Virus record (IMG/VR): IMGVR_UViG_3300033156_001223
Coordinates: 1 to 41,841 of that record
Length of the DNA stretch: 41,841 nucleotides
Source: a virus
Taxonomy: Duplodnaviria; Heunggongvirae; Uroviricota; Caudoviricetes
Direction: 5' to 3' (one strand)
A program made the translations under genes and the position numbers. The first letter of the stretch is position 1. Every line of letters begins with the position of its first letter. The notes below the pieces were generated by a model, which made no database searches, was not told where the DNA came from, and saw only the letters and a program-made list of their open reading frames with translations. This document shows positions 39,699-41,841 of this stretch, in pieces.

Positions 39699-41841
39699 GA
39701 TTCTACCTCTAGATTAGCAGCTTTAATAATTACCTTAGACCCCCTAGCTGCTTCTATTACTAAATTTTCCATCACTTTAGCACCTTCACCAGTTACTTCT
39801 GTTTTACCGGCTTTTTCTGGTACAGCTTGCATTGATGCTATAGCAAACAACTCTTCTTTCGTCTCAGCTTTTAATAGCTGTTGAGCAATTTTTCTATATT
39901 GAGGAGAAAGACGTGGCATTGATTCTCGTATCAGTTCTTTAACACGAGAAAGAGGAATTTGCATTATATCTTCAGCACTGATACCTATTCCACCAGTTGT
40001 GAAGAATCCACGTAAAAATGCTACTGCAGCTGGCTGAGTTACTGCCGCGGTTTTGGCCTGTAATGAAGTCTCAGCTAGATCTATAATCCCTCCTTTATTA
40101 GTTTCAGCATCCCTTAATAGCTGTTCTGCTCTATCAATGCCAATTTTCTTATGCAATTTTAGATAGGCTTGATTACGGGTAAGTTCTCCACGGGCGAATT
40201 GTACTAAAGTAGCCGCAACTTCTGGATCTTCTCGAACGACTCCAAGTGGTACTCCTTTAAATCTTGCCCATCTAGTTATTCGATCTGCTTGTTTCTGTAG
40301 TGCTTTCACATCTTTAACTTTTGATTCTCTGTACAATTCTAATCCGAGCTTGCGATATTGCACATTCATGCCAGTAATTTCTTCAGGAGTTGCTCTTCCT
40401 GTAACAGCACGCTCTATTCGTCCAGATAGGTATTCTGCTTCTGCTCCTATAGCTCCTCCTAAGTATCTTCCAGGTCTTGCAATGATCGTTTCATACAATC
40501 CATGCCCAAACTCTCTAACTGGCTCCAATAGTGTGCCTGCTACTCCTAGTCTAGGCTCTGCCATATATTGTTGGTAAAGCTGCTGAACTCGTATTTGTTG
40601 TTGAACATTCTGTAGATCTAACGCCTGTAATTGTGTCCACTCCTCTTCTCTTAGGGGTCTTCCAACCATACCACTTATAGCCCAATATCTTTGAGTAGGA
40701 CTCCGCGGTAGAAATCGTTGAAGCATAGCAAAAGCCATCAAGGGATTTTGTGCCAAAACCTGTTGACCTCTAAAAATTGCTTCTGGAGTGGGAGCTCCTC
40801 CTATACCAACAAATCCAGCTGGTCCCCCAGCTCCTACCATCATAGCAATAGCTGGATTCATCAACAATTGACCACCAATTTGGGCTGCAACTGCTCCTCC
40901 TGCAGGACCCAAAATTCTAGTTAAAGCTTGAAGCTGGACAGCGGCTCTTGCTCCTCCAGTAGGACCTAACATCCCTCCAAACTGCTGAGCTCCTTGTAAA
41001 GCTATTTGTCCTAATTGTTCTGGGGATATCCCGAATGCCCTTCCAGTAGCTAATATCCTCGGTAAATTTCTTCGAATATTCTCTACTGATTCCCCCATCT
41101 GAGTAAATTCACCAACTATCTGAGTAGCAGATTCCATTGTAGTACGAAGTAATCTCATGACTTGTACACTAGTCTTTGTATACTCTTTCAAACGACGTCT
41201 CATCTCATCAAAATTTCTGGCTCCAATAAATGCACCAGATCTTGCAGCAGTAGTGAATGCAGTACCAACCTCTCCAAATCTTAATCTATTTCCCCAAGAT
41301 CGTCCCCCTTCCCATCTAAGTTCTTCAAGAGTATCAAGAATTTCCTCTCCTTGAGCAGGAGTCATTGTAGGCATCATTCCCTGCATTCCTCTGCTAAACT
41401 CAGATATTTCTCTAGCCATAGTTCTTCTGCGATATCCATATCTCAATTGGGCCATTAATATTTCAAGAGGGGCCATTAAGGCAGTATATATAGCTGTTGA
41501 AGCTAGTGCACCGGTAGCTAAACCGCCAAAAGCTCGGCCAAGGTTACCTATTCTTGCTGCCCTTGCAAAAGAACTAAGCCCTCCGATTAATCCTTGACCA
41601 GCTCCTTCAATCCCTGGTCCAGCTATAGCAGTAACTCCACGGTAGAAAGCACTAGTTCCTAATCTCCAGGCTGGCCCAAACCCCCAAGCAAGTTGAGCTG
41701 CCGCAATGGGTGCTCCCATAGTCCAATAAGCCATATGCTCCATACGGGGCCTAAACCACTGGCGGCTAAATTCGAGATTTGCCATAGTAGAAAATTGTGG
41801 GTTAGTGGATCCAGCAAAAGGAAGACTGATCATGGCCCGGA
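39695..41841 (-). CDS. Tape-measure-like protein, probably 5'-truncated by the window edge
   Basis: Long Gly/Ala-rich helical ORF, frame open to position 41841, upstream of initiator-like and hub-like genes. Confidence 0.55.
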   Translation of the reverse strand, partial: RAMISLPFAGSTNPQFSTMANLEFSRQWFRPRMEHMAYWTMGAPIAAAQLAWGFGPAWRLGTSAFYRGVTAIAGPGIEGAGQGLIGGLSSFARAARIGNLGRAFGGLATGALASTAIYTALMAPLEILMAQLRYGYRRRTMAREISEFSRGMQGMMPTMTPAQGEEILDTLEELRWEGGRSWGNRLRFGEVGTAFTTAARSGAFIGARNFDEMRRRLKEYTKTSVQVMRLLRTTMESATQIVGEFTQMGESVENIRRNLPRILATGRAFGISPEQLGQIALQGAQQFGGMLGPTGGARAAVQLQALTRILGPAGGAVAAQIGGQLLMNPAIAMMVGAGGPAGFVGIGGAPTPEAIFRGQQVLAQNPLMAFAMLQRFLPRSPTQRYWAISGMVGRPLREEEWTQLQALDLQNVQQQIRVQQLYQQYMAEPRLGVAGTLLEPVREFGHGLYETIIARPGRYLGGAIGAEAEYLSGRIERAVTGRATPEEITGMNVQYRKLGLELYRESKVKDVKALQKQADRITRWARFKGVPLGVVREDPEVAATLVQFARGELTRNQAYLKLHKKIGIDRAEQLLRDAETNKGGIIDLAETSLQAKTAAVTQPAAVAFLRGFFTTGGIGISAEDIMQIPLSRVKELIRESMPRLSPQYRKIAQQLLKAETKEELFAIASMQAVPEKAGKTEVTGEGAKVMENLVIEAARGSKVIIKAANLEVES

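Noticed and set aside
1131-41354. The many short plus-strand ORFs in the track (e.g. 1131..1343, 4700..5056, 20074..20592, 33878..34207, 35300..35731) and nested minus-strand ORFs (e.g. 5881..6174, 16815..16997, 31326..31529)
   Set aside because: They lie antisense to or inside longer, motif-bearing, SD-supported genes and have no SD or recognisable motifs; treated as shadow ORFs.
1-41841. CRISPR array, tRNA, integrase/transposase, intein, or diversity-generating retroelement behind the paralog arrays
   Set aside because: No regularly spaced repeats, tRNA arms, recombinase or reverse transcriptase motifs, and no near-identical template/variable repeat pair; paralogs are diverged at all codon positions.

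Overview
This window looks like part of a large contractile-tailed (myovirus-like) bacteriophage genome. It is gene-dense, every credible gene but one (29135..29560) is on the minus strand, and no host housekeeping genes, tRNAs or CRISPR arrays were seen. Recognisable genes: a tape-measure-like protein (cut by the right edge), tube-initiator-like and hub-like baseplate proteins, gp25-like and baseplate J-like wedge proteins, a gp7/gpI-like wedge protein that appears split across two distant ORFs, a ClpP-like peptidase and a Clp/Hsp100 ATPase lacking an N-domain, an Amidase_3 lysin, a sigma-70-family sigma factor and an SNF2-type helicase. Three tandem arrays of divergent paralogs sit between these modules (1..2759, 11889..14556, 25427..29043). 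Ten genes from two of these arrays begin with the same M[KR]VxxH hexapeptide, and the third array has an MxLG-like start. I also found five small ORFs missed by the ORF track, an orphan relic of a deleted paralog, two apparent promoter classes (TGnTATAAC with SD-led genes; TATAAT placed 6-9 nt before SD-less starts), two intrinsic terminators and a GNRA-capped hairpin next to a basic peptide. All family assignments are by-eye motif recognition; no database search was run.
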